DNA from: Planctomycetota bacterium
Lineage (GTDB): Bacteria > Planctomycetota > GCA-002687715 > DRQF01
Direction: 5' to 3'
NCBI GenBank assembly: GCA_036479435.1
Contig: JAZGFI010000090.1
Span: 38,980 to 102,979 of the forward strand
Length of the DNA stretch: 64,000 bases
Within the stretch, counting starts at the first letter, position 1. Each line of letters starts with the position of its first letter. This document shows, piece after piece, positions 1-12,184 of this stretch. Below the pieces are notes generated by a model, which saw only the letters and a program-made list of their open reading frames with translations, was not told the DNA's origin and made no database searches. The translations under genes were made by a program, and so were the position numbers.

Positions 1-133
1 GCAAAAGTGATGGCTTCGTCCGTCGCTTTTTGAATTCTCGTCGCGGGCCGTAAGCTAGCTGCCGCTTCGGCAGTGAGGTGGAACCACACGCGAGCGTCTA
101 GGCGCATCGCCATGAAACTGGGAAAGTGGAAAC

Positions 134-2266
<2,133 letters not shown>

Positions 2267-2321
2267 TCGGCTCGTCTGAGAGCGGTTCTCGGGCCGCTCT
2301 CAGAGCCCAAATTTGCAAGAA

Positions 2322-2366
2322 AACGGGGCGCTTCGAGATGCTGATTCTCGATGCGCCCCGTTCTTT
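2322..2366 (+). terminator. Possible intrinsic terminator after hppA
   Basis: AACGGGGCGC...GCGCCCCGTT stem followed by CTTT. Confidence 0.45.
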
Positions 2367-2442
2367 CGTACTATCCTCGACGCGTTAGCATGGCAGCTAC
2401 CAAGAACCCAAGAGACGAGGAGCCCTCCTAGGTGGAGGACCC

Positions 2443-2835
2443 ATGGAAAGCAAAGAAACCAAAGTTGCGCTGAATCTCTCTCCGGCCGCCCGCGCGCACC
2501 GGCTGGGTGATCTCATGCTTGAGAAAAAAGCACGTGACCTCGTCGTTATCGAGATCGACAAGATCTCTAGCCTCGCGGACTACATCGTGATTGCCACCGT
2601 CGACAACAGTCGCCAACTCAAAGCCGTCGCCCAAGACCTTGACGAAGCCATGAAGGAAGAGGGCGCGCCAAGGCTCGGCATCGAGGGTAGAGATCAAGCC
2701 TGGTGGGTGCTGCTCGATTTCGGCGATGTGATTGTGCACCTCATGCAAGCCGAAGCGCGAGAATTCTACGATCTCGAACAGCTTTGGGCCGATGGAGAGA
2801 TCGTTCGTCGTTCCGATGACGACGGCACCGTCTAA
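2443..2835 (+). CDS. rsfS: Ribosome silencing factor RsfS (Iojap)
   Basis: EKKARDLVVI, ADYIVIAT, WVLLDFGDVIVHLM, REFYDLEQLW; GGAGG ribosome-binding site. Confidence 0.95.
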   Translation: MESKETKVALNLSPAARAHRLGDLMLEKKARDLVVIEIDKISSLADYIVIATVDNSRQLKAVAQDLDEAMKEEGAPRLGIEGRDQAWWVLLDFGDVIVHLMQAEAREFYDLEQLWADGEIVRRSDDDGTV

Positions 2836-2850
2836 TAGGTCCTAACTCCC

Positions 2851-2928
2851 GGTCTTGCTCGCTCGGCCTATCTAGATGCCGAGCGGTCTTACCCGCTGGG
2901 CATCTAGATAGGCCGAGCGGTCTTACTC
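2851..2928. repeat. REP-like palindromic tandem repeat (34-bp period) between convergent genes
   Basis: GGTCTT at 2851, 2885, 2919; perfect 21-bp inverted repeat 2860-2880 / 2899-2919. Confidence 0.8.
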
Positions 2929-3574
2929 ATAGTTCGGCGAGGAAAGCGTCAGCTTCCGCGATGGATTTTTCCATCTCTACAATGAGCGCATCGACGTCGC
3001 TACGCACCGAAATCATCTGCGATTGCAAAGAAGAGATGGCCCGGGCGTTCAGGTTGTGTTTCAAAAACAACACTTGGTCGTGGAACTTCGTTAGCACCGG
3101 TGGCATCTTGCTTTCGGCGCGGCGCATTGCCGTCAGCATCCCGTCGTAGCGGCTTTGGGTGTCACGCCTTAACTGTGCACTTTCGCTGCGAAGGCCTGGA
3201 TCGCTGATCTCTGCGGTTTCGGCTTCCCATTCGAAGAACAAGTCGTGGGCGACTTTTTCGATAGAGTTGATCCGATCGCTCACAGACTCAGCCTCATCGA
3301 CCGAATCTTCGTAACCCGACTTCAGCCGGTCGTAGCGATCTTCCAGTTCACCCCCGTCGAAGTCGTTGAGGTCCCTAAAGGCGTCCAGGGTGCTGCGAAA
3401 CTGGTCGCGAGCGTCCTCTTGTTGTGACCGGGCTTCTTCGACGCGGTCGACCAAGATGTCGCGTTTGTCGATTCCGAGTTTTTCCATGGTGCCGTAGTAC
3501 ACCGAGCTGCAAGCGCTCGTTGCGGCGATGAGGAGCATCAGGACTAGGCTAAGTTGGAAGCGAGGGCTAGGCAT
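2927..3574 (-). CDS. DUF2959-family lipoprotein (coiled-coil)
   Basis: Lipobox-like TSAC, YYGTMEKLGIDKRDILVDRV, LFLKHNLNARAI; start placed at ATG 3574. Confidence 0.8.
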   Translation of the reverse strand: MPSPRFQLSLVLMLLIAATSACSSVYYGTMEKLGIDKRDILVDRVEEARSQQEDARDQFRSTLDAFRDLNDFDGGELEDRYDRLKSGYEDSVDEAESVSDRINSIEKVAHDLFFEWEAETAEISDPGLRSESAQLRRDTQSRYDGMLTAMRRAESKMPPVLTKFHDQVLFLKHNLNARAISSLQSQMISVRSDVDALIVEMEKSIAEADAFLAEL

Positions 3575-3673
3575 GGGGCGGGAACTCCGTACGCGGGGCG
3601 ACCACTGGGCTGGAGGAGTCGCCAAGGGCGTATCCCAAGCTTGGTTCCGCAATTTGCGTGTTCTAAAGAGCGT

Positions 3674-4108
3674 TTAGTTTTCGACGGTCGACGGAAAGCG
3701 TTCGAGCGTAACTTTGCCCTCGAAGCGTTCGAGGATCAGCAGCAGGTTGCGCTCAAGGCTGGGGTGATTGGCAACGAGGTCCGGGCCGCGGTGAGCCGTC
3801 ATCCGGTAGGCCTTGTTGCTATCAGTAACGAAGCCGATCACGCCGCCGTTGGCGTCGCGAAGCGTGTGCTGGTAGCGATCGTTGTCATCATTGTAGTCAC
3901 CATCGATCACATACATCGTCTCGAGAGTGCCGACGGGCTTGCCGTCGAGGAGCACTTTCTGGATGGCAACGGTCTCAAATTTCTCGGCGGGATCCGCAAA
4001 CTTGATATCGGAGACCTGGCGGTGTTCCGATTCGGCAACGCAGCCTGTGCCAATGAAGGCACTGGCAATCAAAGTGAGAATCAACGAGGACGGGCGACGG
4101 TTCGCCAT
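3674..4108 (-). CDS. Hypothetical lipoprotein
   Basis: Hydrophobic signal ending IGTGC; start uncertain (4108 or 4117). Confidence 0.6.
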   Translation of the reverse strand: MANRRPSSLILTLIASAFIGTGCVAESEHRQVSDIKFADPAEKFETVAIQKVLLDGKPVGTLETMYVIDGDYNDDNDRYQHTLRDANGGVIGFVTDSNKAYRMTAHRGPDLVANHPSLERNLLLILERFEGKVTLERFPSTVEN

Positions 4109-4180
4109 GGTGATCATTTCTCCACATCTTCTGCTACGAAAGCCGCTTAGGAGTCTTCGCGAGCGGCGGCATGGTAGCAT

Positions 4181-6175
4181 GTGCCACGCTCGACAGAAAG
4201 AGAATCGAAGGGGACCCCATTGTCGGAACTGATCGAGCGAGTCGAGGGCTTTTTTGGCGCCAAAGGTGAGGCCTCAAAAGCCCTTGAGAATTACCGCGAA
4301 CGGCCCCAGCAAGTCGCTATGGCCAAGGCAGTGGCCCAAGCGGTGGAATCGGGGCACCACCTCGTCGTCGAGGCCGGAACCGGCGTCGGCAAGAGTTTTG
4401 GGTATCTGGTGCCGGCTCTCTTGGCCGCATTATCGGCCAATAAGCGCGTGGTCGTCTCGACTCAGACCATTAGCCTTCAGGAACAGCTTCTGAAAAAAGA
4501 CGTTCCTTTGCTCCAAAGCTGCCTCGGCGAACCCTTTTCGGTGCGAGTCGCCAAAGGCCGGGGAAACTACCTTTCTCCCCGCCGCTTAGAAGTGGCGATT
4601 GCCGAGGCTGGCGAGGCCCGCGGGCGGGAAGTGCTGGCGACGGAACTGGGACGCATTGGTCGAGAGCTCAGCCGCGGTCGGGAGGGGACACGCCAAGAGC
4701 TTTTTCCCGGCCCCCAATACGAAGCTTGGGATCTCGCGCGTTCGGATACCCAAAACTGCCTCGGAAAAAACTGCTCTCACTTTGAGGACGGATGTTGGTT
4801 TCACCAGGCCCGTCGCCAGGTTTTCACGGCCGATCTCGTCATCGCCAATCACGCGCTCTTACTCGCTGACCTCGCGATGCGCGACACGGGCAACCGTCTC
4901 CTTCCCGAGTATGACGTCGTGATTTTCGATGAGGCCCACAGCCTTGAGGCTTTGGCGCGCGAACAGTTCGGGTTTCGATTTTCGCGCCGCGAGCTCTACG
5001 CCGCTCTGTCAAAACTCTATCGTCCTTCGCGGCGGCAAGGTTTGCTGCAGTTCCTTCACGGGGCTGAGCTCGCCCGGGCCATGGTCAGTGAAGTCGCGCG
5101 TGCAGCGGAGCAGTTTTTCGGAGAAGCAGCCCTGTTGGCCGGCCGTGATGGAACTCGAGAACTGACGCCAGATGACTTGCCGGAGGACGTCCTTTCCGAA
5201 TCGCTGGTTGCCCTATCAACTGAGTTGGGACGGCTGGTAAGGGAGGCTTCAGGAGCCGATAGGAAAAAAGAGATCGAGTATCACGCGGCTCGTTTGGACG
5301 ACATGGTCAGCACTCTATCGCAAGTTCTGACCTTGGATGAGAGCGCACGAGTTAACTGGGTCGAACGCGGGCGGAATCGCGACGACGTCGAGCTGCACGC
5401 TAAGCCACTTGAAGTGCGAGATTTCTTGCAGAAGAAGCTCTTTGATGAAGTCGGAAGCGCGATTCTGACCAGCGCTACTTTGTCGGTGGGGGCAAAAGGT
5501 GGGCTCTCATTTTTCGCCAAGACCCTCGGCTGCCCGGATGCGAAACAGCTACAACTCGGTTCGCCCTTTGATTTTCAAAATCGAGTCAAGCTAAGGATTC
5601 CGACCTATCTCGACGAACCTCGCCCTGGCGACGATTACGAAGAGCGTGCAGCCCTCGCCGTCTTACACTACATCGAGCGCACTCAGGGGGGCGCCTTCGT
5701 GTTGTTCACGAGCTACGCGTTTTTGAATCGCATCTTGGATCGCGTTCGCGAGAGGTTGAATCAGCTTGGATTTCCGATCCTGGCGCAGGGGCAGGGAATG
5801 GCTCGTGGGACCATGATTGAGGAATTCGTGAAGGATGAGCGAAGTGTCTTGTTCGGCACGGACAGCTTTTGGCAAGGCGTCGACGTCAAAGGCGATGCCC
5901 TGCGGCTGGTGATCATCACTCGCTTGCCCTTTCCGGTGCCGAGTCTTCCGCTCAACAAGGCTCGTGCAAGGCGGATCGAGAAGAACGGCGGCAATGCCTT
6001 TCGCGAGCTATCCCTGCCCGAAGCCATTATTCGCTTCAAGCAGGGATTTGGTCGGCTCATTCGGACCGAGGAAGACGCCGGTACGGTCGTAGTTTTGGAC
6101 ACGCGATTGCGCACCAAGTTCTACGGATCGAAGTTTCTTGCGGCGATCCCCAGCGTCCCCGTCTTCGAGGATTAA
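4181..6175 (+). CDS. dinG: DinG/YoaA-family ATP-dependent DNA helicase
   Basis: Q motif RPQQ, EAGTGVGKS, DEAH, SATL, QGFGRLIR. Confidence 0.92.
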   Translation: MPRSTERESKGTPLSELIERVEGFFGAKGEASKALENYRERPQQVAMAKAVAQAVESGHHLVVEAGTGVGKSFGYLVPALLAALSANKRVVVSTQTISLQEQLLKKDVPLLQSCLGEPFSVRVAKGRGNYLSPRRLEVAIAEAGEARGREVLATELGRIGRELSRGREGTRQELFPGPQYEAWDLARSDTQNCLGKNCSHFEDGCWFHQARRQVFTADLVIANHALLLADLAMRDTGNRLLPEYDVVIFDEAHSLEALAREQFGFRFSRRELYAALSKLYRPSRRQGLLQFLHGAELARAMVSEVARAAEQFFGEAALLAGRDGTRELTPDDLPEDVLSESLVALSTELGRLVREASGADRKKEIEYHAARLDDMVSTLSQVLTLDESARVNWVERGRNRDDVELHAKPLEVRDFLQKKLFDEVGSAILTSATLSVGAKGGLSFFAKTLGCPDAKQLQLGSPFDFQNRVKLRIPTYLDEPRPGDDYEERAALAVLHYIERTQGGAFVLFTSYAFLNRILDRVRERLNQLGFPILAQGQGMARGTMIEEFVKDERSVLFGTDSFWQGVDVKGDALRLVIITRLPFPVPSLPLNKARARRIEKNGGNAFRELSLPEAIIRFKQGFGRLIRTEEDAGTVVVLDTRLRTKFYGSKFLAAIPSVPVFED

Positions 6176-6185
6176 GCGCCCAGAA

Positions 6186-7241
6186 TCAGCTCTTCTTGCC
6201 AGCGGCGATAATCGACTTGGCTTCGCCGATCGCCGCGCGGTTCGTGGCGATTCCTTCTCGCTTGGCGCGAGCAAAAGTCGATTCGAGAGCGCCCACAACA
6301 TTGGCGATTTTCTTCATCGCAACTTCTTCGTTGTAGCCGCCATCCGCGAATTCGCAGCTGACGTTCACAATGCCGCCGGAGTTGATGACAAAGTCGGGGG
6401 CGTAGAGGATGTTCTTTTCGCGAAGGACATCACCGTGTCGCACTTCGGCGAGCTGGTTGTTGGCAGCACCCGCAACGATGGGGCACTTCAAGCGGGGGAT
6501 GGTCTCGTCGTTAATAATCGCGCCCAAAGCATGAGGCGCAAAAACGTCGCACCCGATGTCGAAGATAGCTTCGGGGTCGACCCACTTGATCTCGGGGTGC
6601 AAGGCGCTGATTGTTTTGATCTTCTCCTGATTGATGTCGGTGGCCGTAATGTGCGCGCCTTCCTTCAGGAGCCTTGCGATCACCGTCTTAGCGACAGCGC
6701 CAACTCCTTGCACGACGATGTGCTTGCCCTGGCAAGAGTCACTGCCAAAAGCCTCCTTCAAACAGGTCTTGATGCCGAGAAAGACTCCGTAGCCGGTGTA
6801 GGGCGAGGGGTTTCCTGAGCCCCCTTGTTCGCGCGACAAGCCGGCAACATAGCGAGTTCCTTTGCGGACTTCAGTGAGGTCTGCGACCCGAATGTTGACG
6901 TCTTCGGCGGTGATGTAGAGACCGTCCAAGAAATCGACGAAACGCCCCATGGCTTGCAGCAGTTCGGGCGTCTTGATTTCACGCGGGTCGCCGATGATGA
7001 CCGACTTGCCACCGCCGAGTCCCGTCCGCGCGATGGCCGACTTGTAGGACATTCCCTTTGACAGTCGCAAGACGTCGGTGAGGGCCGCGTCTTCGTCCTC
7101 GTAGGGCCACATGCGAAGTCCCCCGAGGGCGGGGCCGAGGGTGGTGTCGTGAACCGCAATGAAGGCTTTCAGGCCGGTTTCTTCGTCGTCGGCGCGGACG
7201 ACGCGCTCGTAGCCGTCGACCTTGAGGTCGCTGATTTTCAT
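6186..7241 (-). CDS. Leucine dehydrogenase (Glu/Leu/Phe/Val dehydrogenase family)
   Basis: HDTTLGPALGGLRMWPY, GMSYK, LGGGKSVI, ITAEDV, AGAANNQL; ATG at 7241. Confidence 0.93.
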   Translation of the reverse strand: MKISDLKVDGYERVVRADDEETGLKAFIAVHDTTLGPALGGLRMWPYEDEDAALTDVLRLSKGMSYKSAIARTGLGGGKSVIIGDPREIKTPELLQAMGRFVDFLDGLYITAEDVNIRVADLTEVRKGTRYVAGLSREQGGSGNPSPYTGYGVFLGIKTCLKEAFGSDSCQGKHIVVQGVGAVAKTVIARLLKEGAHITATDINQEKIKTISALHPEIKWVDPEAIFDIGCDVFAPHALGAIINDETIPRLKCPIVAGAANNQLAEVRHGDVLREKNILYAPDFVINSGGIVNVSCEFADGGYNEEVAMKKIANVVGALESTFARAKREGIATNRAAIGEAKSIIAAGKKS

Positions 7242-7657
7242 CGTGGTGAACTCTTTGGGAGAGGGGTCGTCTAAGCAGAGCAAGGCCCAGGGCACGAGGC
7301 TCCCGAGGGCGCATCTTAAGGCTACTCGGCCCCTTGCTCAAATAAGGTCGCAAGCGAGGGTATTTCCTAGGTTTAGGTCGAGAAAGTGGGAAGTTCTCAG
7401 AGCGGAATCACGTTTAAGTTAGTGTTCCCTAATGAGGACGGACTGTCAGCCCTGGAGACACTCACTCGCCCTGGGGAATACAGCGAAAAGGCTGTAAGTG
7501 ACTTTGGCGAAGCTGCTTAAGGTGAAGTGGGGGGATTTAAGCGGCTTTGGTCCGCACCTTGCAACGTCTTTTGCCATCGCCGCCGCGTTTCTTGCGGCCC
7601 TCACAAGTGGAAGGGGGCTGTCAAAGCGCAGGAGGAAAGGAAGAAAGGGCCCAAATC

Positions 7658-8308
7658 ATGACGACGCAACTAAAGCAGAAGACCGACGTCGGCCACATTG
7701 ACGCGGTCGCCAACACGCCCGCCACCAAGTCCAAGACCAAGCGCAGTCAGCGCACTCCAGCCGAACTCGCCGCTGAGCGCAAGCTTATCCGGGCGGTGCA
7801 AGCTGGTGACAAACTGGCCTTCGAGAAACTCGTCAGGTCCTACGAGCAAAAAGTCTTTTGGATCGCCCACAACCTCGTCAATCACACCGAGGACGCCAGG
7901 GACATCGCACAAGAGTCTTTCTTGCGAGTTTACAAAGCCATTGACCGATTTGACCTGAAGTACAACTTCTACACTTGGCTCTACCGGATCGTCGTGAACT
8001 TGGCGATTGACCGTCTGCGGAAAAAAGGCAAACAGAACGCCGTCAGCATCGAGGAATTTCCCACCGATCCTGCGACGAACCAAACGCCTGAAGACCATAT
8101 GCGCCACTCGGAAACTGGAGAAAAGATCTTTGAGGTCTTGGACGCCATGCCCGACAAGTACAAGACGGTCATCTTGCTCCGCGACCTACACGAGATGAGC
8201 TGCGAAGAAATCAGCGAGATCATCGAGTGCACCAACGCGACCACCCGCTGGCGCCTGCACCGCGCCCGCGAGATGTTCAAAGAACGCTGGGCCCGCATCG
8301 TCGTCTGA
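7658..8308 (+). CDS. ECF RNA polymerase sigma factor
   Basis: DARDIAQESFLRVY, FYTWLYRIVVNLAID, region 4 SCEEISEII...RLHRAR. Confidence 0.92.
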   Translation: MTTQLKQKTDVGHIDAVANTPATKSKTKRSQRTPAELAAERKLIRAVQAGDKLAFEKLVRSYEQKVFWIAHNLVNHTEDARDIAQESFLRVYKAIDRFDLKYNFYTWLYRIVVNLAIDRLRKKGKQNAVSIEEFPTDPATNQTPEDHMRHSETGEKIFEVLDAMPDKYKTVILLRDLHEMSCEEISEIIECTNATTRWRLHRAREMFKERWARIVV

Positions 8309-8372
8309 GCTTGGCCCACCCTGTTGCGGGGAAGGCCTAGACTCAGCCGTCCGTTCCCCGTGTGGCCACAAG

Positions 8373-8402
8373 AGGCCCTCCATCATCAATGGAGGGCCTT
8401 TT
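8373..8402 (+). terminator. Intrinsic terminator
   Basis: AGGCCCTCCAT-catca-ATGGAGGGCCT followed by TTT. Confidence 0.7.
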
Positions 8403-8549
8403 GTCGTTGCCGAACTCAGCTTTCCAACAACGGCAGAATTCAGCGACTGAAGTTTGACGGCGGAGGTTCAAACGGCAAGACTGTGTTCCGTTCATGCCGA
8501 ACCTCCCCTTGTCAATCACTGGACACCAGCTGTGAATTTCATCCGGAAC

Positions 8550-10658
8550 ATGAGCATCAAAACGAAGATTGTCCTCATGCTTTTGACGGTGAGCATCACG
8601 TCGATCATGGTGATTGGGTACTTGGGTTATCGCAGCGGTCGCGATTCGCTTCGAGCCAGCATTGAGAACCAACTCATCGGGTTGAGTGAAGTACGGACGC
8701 GCCAAATTCAGGGTTATTTTGAGCGAATCGACAATCAGCTGGGGAGCCTTGCCAACGATCCAACGGTCGTTCAGGCAATGGTCGATTTTCGAGACTCATT
8801 CAAGGCCTTAGAGGACGAAAGTCTCGTTGATGCTGATCTACGAAGACTCTCAGAATGGTACCAGTTCGTCTACTTGAAAGAGCTGAAGAGAAAAACTGGC
8901 GAGGACGCGAACGTCGAGTTCTATCTTCCTGAAAGTCAGTCGGGTCGCGTTGCGCAACACAGATTCATCGCCGCTAACTCGTATGAAGAGGGCGATCGGC
9001 AAATGTTGACGGATACCAAAGACGGCACGGCCTACAGTAAAGTCCACGCGCATCACCATCCCTTTTTTAGGGACTTCGCCGACCGCTTCGGCTACTACGA
9101 TCTTTTCCTAGTCGAGCCGGAGAGGCTCGAAGTGGTCTACTCCGTTTTTAAGGAGTCAGATTTTGGGACTGACCTTAGAGATGGCCCTTATCGAACGAGT
9201 GGCCTAGCGCGGGCGGCAAAAGCGGCAAAAGGCCGAGCGGGTTCGAATGCGGTGACCTTTGTCGACTTTTCGCCTTACCGCCCCTCCTATTACGATCCGG
9301 CCGCATTTTTGGCAATGCCACTTGAGGTCGGCAGCGAACTGATCGGAATTTTGGTGTTGCAGATTTCGATCATAGATCTCAACCGAATCATGACGGATGA
9401 CCGGCACTGGCAAAGCGACGGACTTGGGAAGACTGGTGAGTCAATTTTGGTTGGCGCCGACTACCTGGCGCGGTCGGCAGCACGACCGATGATTGAGGAT
9501 CCCCGGCGTCACATCTCCCGGCTCATCGAACATAATGCGCCGGCGGATGAGGTTGAGAAGATCCGCCGTCACCAGACCACGATCCTGGCCCAAAAAATCA
9601 AGAATTTAGCGACGGTGTCGGCCCTGTCGAGCGGACAAAGCGGTGTTGTGGTGGTCCGCGACTACCGAGATCAAGAGGTATTAGCTTCCTATCGCCCGGT
9701 CGATGTGCCCGGCGCGCGCTGGGCTGTGCTCGCCCAAATGGACCTTGACGAGGCGTTGGCGCCAGTAACGGCTTTCGCTAGGAGTGTCATTCAAACTGCG
9801 CTAGCCATCGTGATCGCCGTCACCATTATCGCCATGATCTTGGCCTGGCTTTTTGAGCGCCCCATTGCGCGCCTTACACAAAGAGCTCAAGCGATCGCAG
9901 AGGGCGGGGAGGAGGTCCCCATCGAGGTGACCTCTAAAGACGAACTGGGAAGACTTAGCGTCTCCTTCAATCAGATGGTCCGCAAGCTCAAAGAAACGAC
10001 GGAAACGGTCCGCCGTCGAAATGCCGAAACCGAGAATCTCATCAGCAGTATTTTTCCGCCCAGTGTCGCCCACAAGATCCGCCAGGGCGACGAGCAGGCG
10101 GCCGATCAGTTCGAGGCGGCCTCTTTGGTCGTGGCTGATGTGATTGGGTTCACGGGCCTCTTGCACCGGCTTCCCGCCAAAGAGTTCGTTCAGATTTTGG
10201 ACGACCTGATGTCACGATTTGATGAAGCCACTGAGCGACATGCAGTGGAGAAGATCAAGACCCTTGGATCGGGTTACCTCGCGGTCGCGGGAGTGCCCAC
10301 ACCAAAGCTTGACCATGTTCGGCGAGCCTTCGACTTTGCTGCCGAGCTTGTGCGTTTGACCAATTCCTTTGCGCGCCAGAACGACCTTGCGATACGGGCC
10401 CGTGTTTTCGTGGATTCCGGACCGATCGTGGCAGGGGTAGTCGGCAAGAATCGAGTCGTCTATGACGTGTGGGGAGACGTCGTCAACAAGGCGTTTCGAA
10501 GTCTCTCGAGTCTCGAAGGCAAGACTGGTGTCTTCGTTTCGAAGTCAGTCGCCTCTCGATTAGAGGATCTTCATCGCTTTCAGAAGACCGAGCTGCACAA
10601 TCAAGAATCCGTGTGGCTCTTTCTTGAAGAACTTGAGTCCAAAGAGAGTAGGGCTTGA
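8550..10658 (+). CDS. Class III adenylate/guanylate cyclase-like receptor (2 TM, Cache-like sensor, HAMP)
   Basis: HAMP KDELGRLSVSFNQM; cyclase motifs ADVIGFT, EKIKTLGSGY, YDVWGDVVN. Confidence 0.88.
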   Translation: MSIKTKIVLMLLTVSITSIMVIGYLGYRSGRDSLRASIENQLIGLSEVRTRQIQGYFERIDNQLGSLANDPTVVQAMVDFRDSFKALEDESLVDADLRRLSEWYQFVYLKELKRKTGEDANVEFYLPESQSGRVAQHRFIAANSYEEGDRQMLTDTKDGTAYSKVHAHHHPFFRDFADRFGYYDLFLVEPERLEVVYSVFKESDFGTDLRDGPYRTSGLARAAKAAKGRAGSNAVTFVDFSPYRPSYYDPAAFLAMPLEVGSELIGILVLQISIIDLNRIMTDDRHWQSDGLGKTGESILVGADYLARSAARPMIEDPRRHISRLIEHNAPADEVEKIRRHQTTILAQKIKNLATVSALSSGQSGVVVVRDYRDQEVLASYRPVDVPGARWAVLAQMDLDEALAPVTAFARSVIQTALAIVIAVTIIAMILAWLFERPIARLTQRAQAIAEGGEEVPIEVTSKDELGRLSVSFNQMVRKLKETTETVRRRNAETENLISSIFPPSVAHKIRQGDEQAADQFEAASLVVADVIGFTGLLHRLPAKEFVQILDDLMSRFDEATERHAVEKIKTLGSGYLAVAGVPTPKLDHVRRAFDFAAELVRLTNSFARQNDLAIRARVFVDSGPIVAGVVGKNRVVYDVWGDVVNKAFRSLSSLEGKTGVFVSKSVASRLEDLHRFQKTELHNQESVWLFLEELESKESRA

Positions 10659-12184
10659 CCATGGGAGAGTTTAGCCGCCAAGAAGTATTTTGGTTCGTCG
10701 CCGTTGCTTTGGTTTTTCCGCTTCTGACGATCTTGCTTGGCGAGGTCGTTGCGCGTCTAGAGAGACGGCGAAGCCAACTTGCGGGACCATTCGCTGGCGT
10801 GCGTTTGTTGATCCTGCCGTTGTTGGCGGTCCATTTCTTCGCCACCCGGGTCGCGGATCTAGATCCTGACTCAATCTTTAGCCGCACGGTCCTCACCCTG
10901 TTTTGGGTCGCGGTTATTCACACCTTGTTTGGTCTCCTCAATGCGGTGTTTTTCTCTGATTCGGAGGACGCCGACTCCTGGCGAACCAAAGTTCCTAAGT
11001 TGTTTCGCGATGTTGTCCGAGTTGTGGTCTTGATCATCGGCGCTTCCATTGTCACATCGACGGTATGGGGAGCCAATCTCGGCGGCCTGGTTGCGGCTTT
11101 GGGGGTTGGCTCGGTGGTCTTGGGGTTCGCTCTCCAAGAAACTCTTGGCAACGTCATGTCGGGCATTGCGCTCCTATTCGAGCGCCCGTTTCGAGTCGGA
11201 GACTGGATAAAAGTCGGCGACCACATCGGCCGCGTTACGGAAGTGAACTGGCGGGCGATTCGCTTACGAACGCGAAAAAATGAAGAGCTGGTGGTTCCCA
11301 ATAGCGTGTTGGGCCGCGAGATCATCACCAACTTTGACATGCCTACGGCGCCATTTGCAGAACAGATATTCTTGGGGTTCTCCTACGACGATCCCCCGAA
11401 CTTTGTGAAGTCCGCTCTGCTAAAGGCGGCGGCGCGAACGCCGGGGATCGCTAATGATCCGCCGGTCCAAGTGCAGACCATCTCCTACGATGATTTTGCT
11501 ATCACTTATCGCATCAGAATTGCCGTTGGTTCCTACGAGAACCTGATGGAGGTTCGTGATCAGTTCATGTCCCGGGTGTGGTATGTCGCCAAGCGCTACG
11601 GACTCTCGATCCCCTTTCCCATTCGGACGATTCAAATCGATCGTAGCTCGAAGGCGGCGGGCGACGTCGATATGGAGGATCTTCGAGCGTTTGCCAACGC
11701 GAGCACCGTCGATGAAGACGCCTTGGCCACCTTGGCTGAGAAGTCGCAGATTCGCAGCTTTGGAAAAGGCGAGACTGTTCTCGAACTAGGCGAGATCTCA
11801 AGGTTCTTTTATATCGTCCTTACCGGCAAAGCCGAATTGTCGAAAGGCGAATCCCTTGCCCCTGTTCCCATCGTGAATTGCGGGCATGGGGAGTTTGTGG
11901 GAGAGAGTGCCTTGATCGGCAATGGCCAGACTCAGGCTCGAGTAAAGGCTCTCGATGATCTAGAGTTGATTGCGATCAATCCCGCAACCATGCACGACAC
12001 CCTTGGCCGGCACATGCAATTTGCTCATGAGATAGATCGCGCCTTGGACCAACGGCGAGCTTTGATGGAAGAGGAATTAGGGACGTTGAGACACTCTCAA
12101 AGTCGTGAGACCTCGGAGTCCGGAGAAGAGCGAATCCTCGCAGGAATTCGCGATTTTCTGCGAGCAGATGGAGTTTCCTCGTGA
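10655..12184 (+). CDS. MscS-family channel with C-terminal cNMP-binding domain
   Basis: GFALQETLGNVMSG, PFRVGDWI, VPNS; cNMP-binding GEFVGESAL. Confidence 0.92.
   Translation: MTMGEFSRQEVFWFVAVALVFPLLTILLGEVVARLERRRSQLAGPFAGVRLLILPLLAVHFFATRVADLDPDSIFSRTVLTLFWVAVIHTLFGLLNAVFFSDSEDADSWRTKVPKLFRDVVRVVVLIIGASIVTSTVWGANLGGLVAALGVGSVVLGFALQETLGNVMSGIALLFERPFRVGDWIKVGDHIGRVTEVNWRAIRLRTRKNEELVVPNSVLGREIITNFDMPTAPFAEQIFLGFSYDDPPNFVKSALLKAAARTPGIANDPPVQVQTISYDDFAITYRIRIAVGSYENLMEVRDQFMSRVWYVAKRYGLSIPFPIRTIQIDRSSKAAGDVDMEDLRAFANASTVDEDALATLAEKSQIRSFGKGETVLELGEISRFFYIVLTGKAELSKGESLAPVPIVNCGHGEFVGESALIGNGQTQARVKALDDLELIAINPATMHDTLGRHMQFAHEIDRALDQRRALMEEELGTLRHSQSRETSESGEERILAGIRDFLRADGVSS

Noticed and set aside
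2851..2928. Mini CRISPR array
   Set aside because: No unique spacers, only about two units, and no cas genes in the window.
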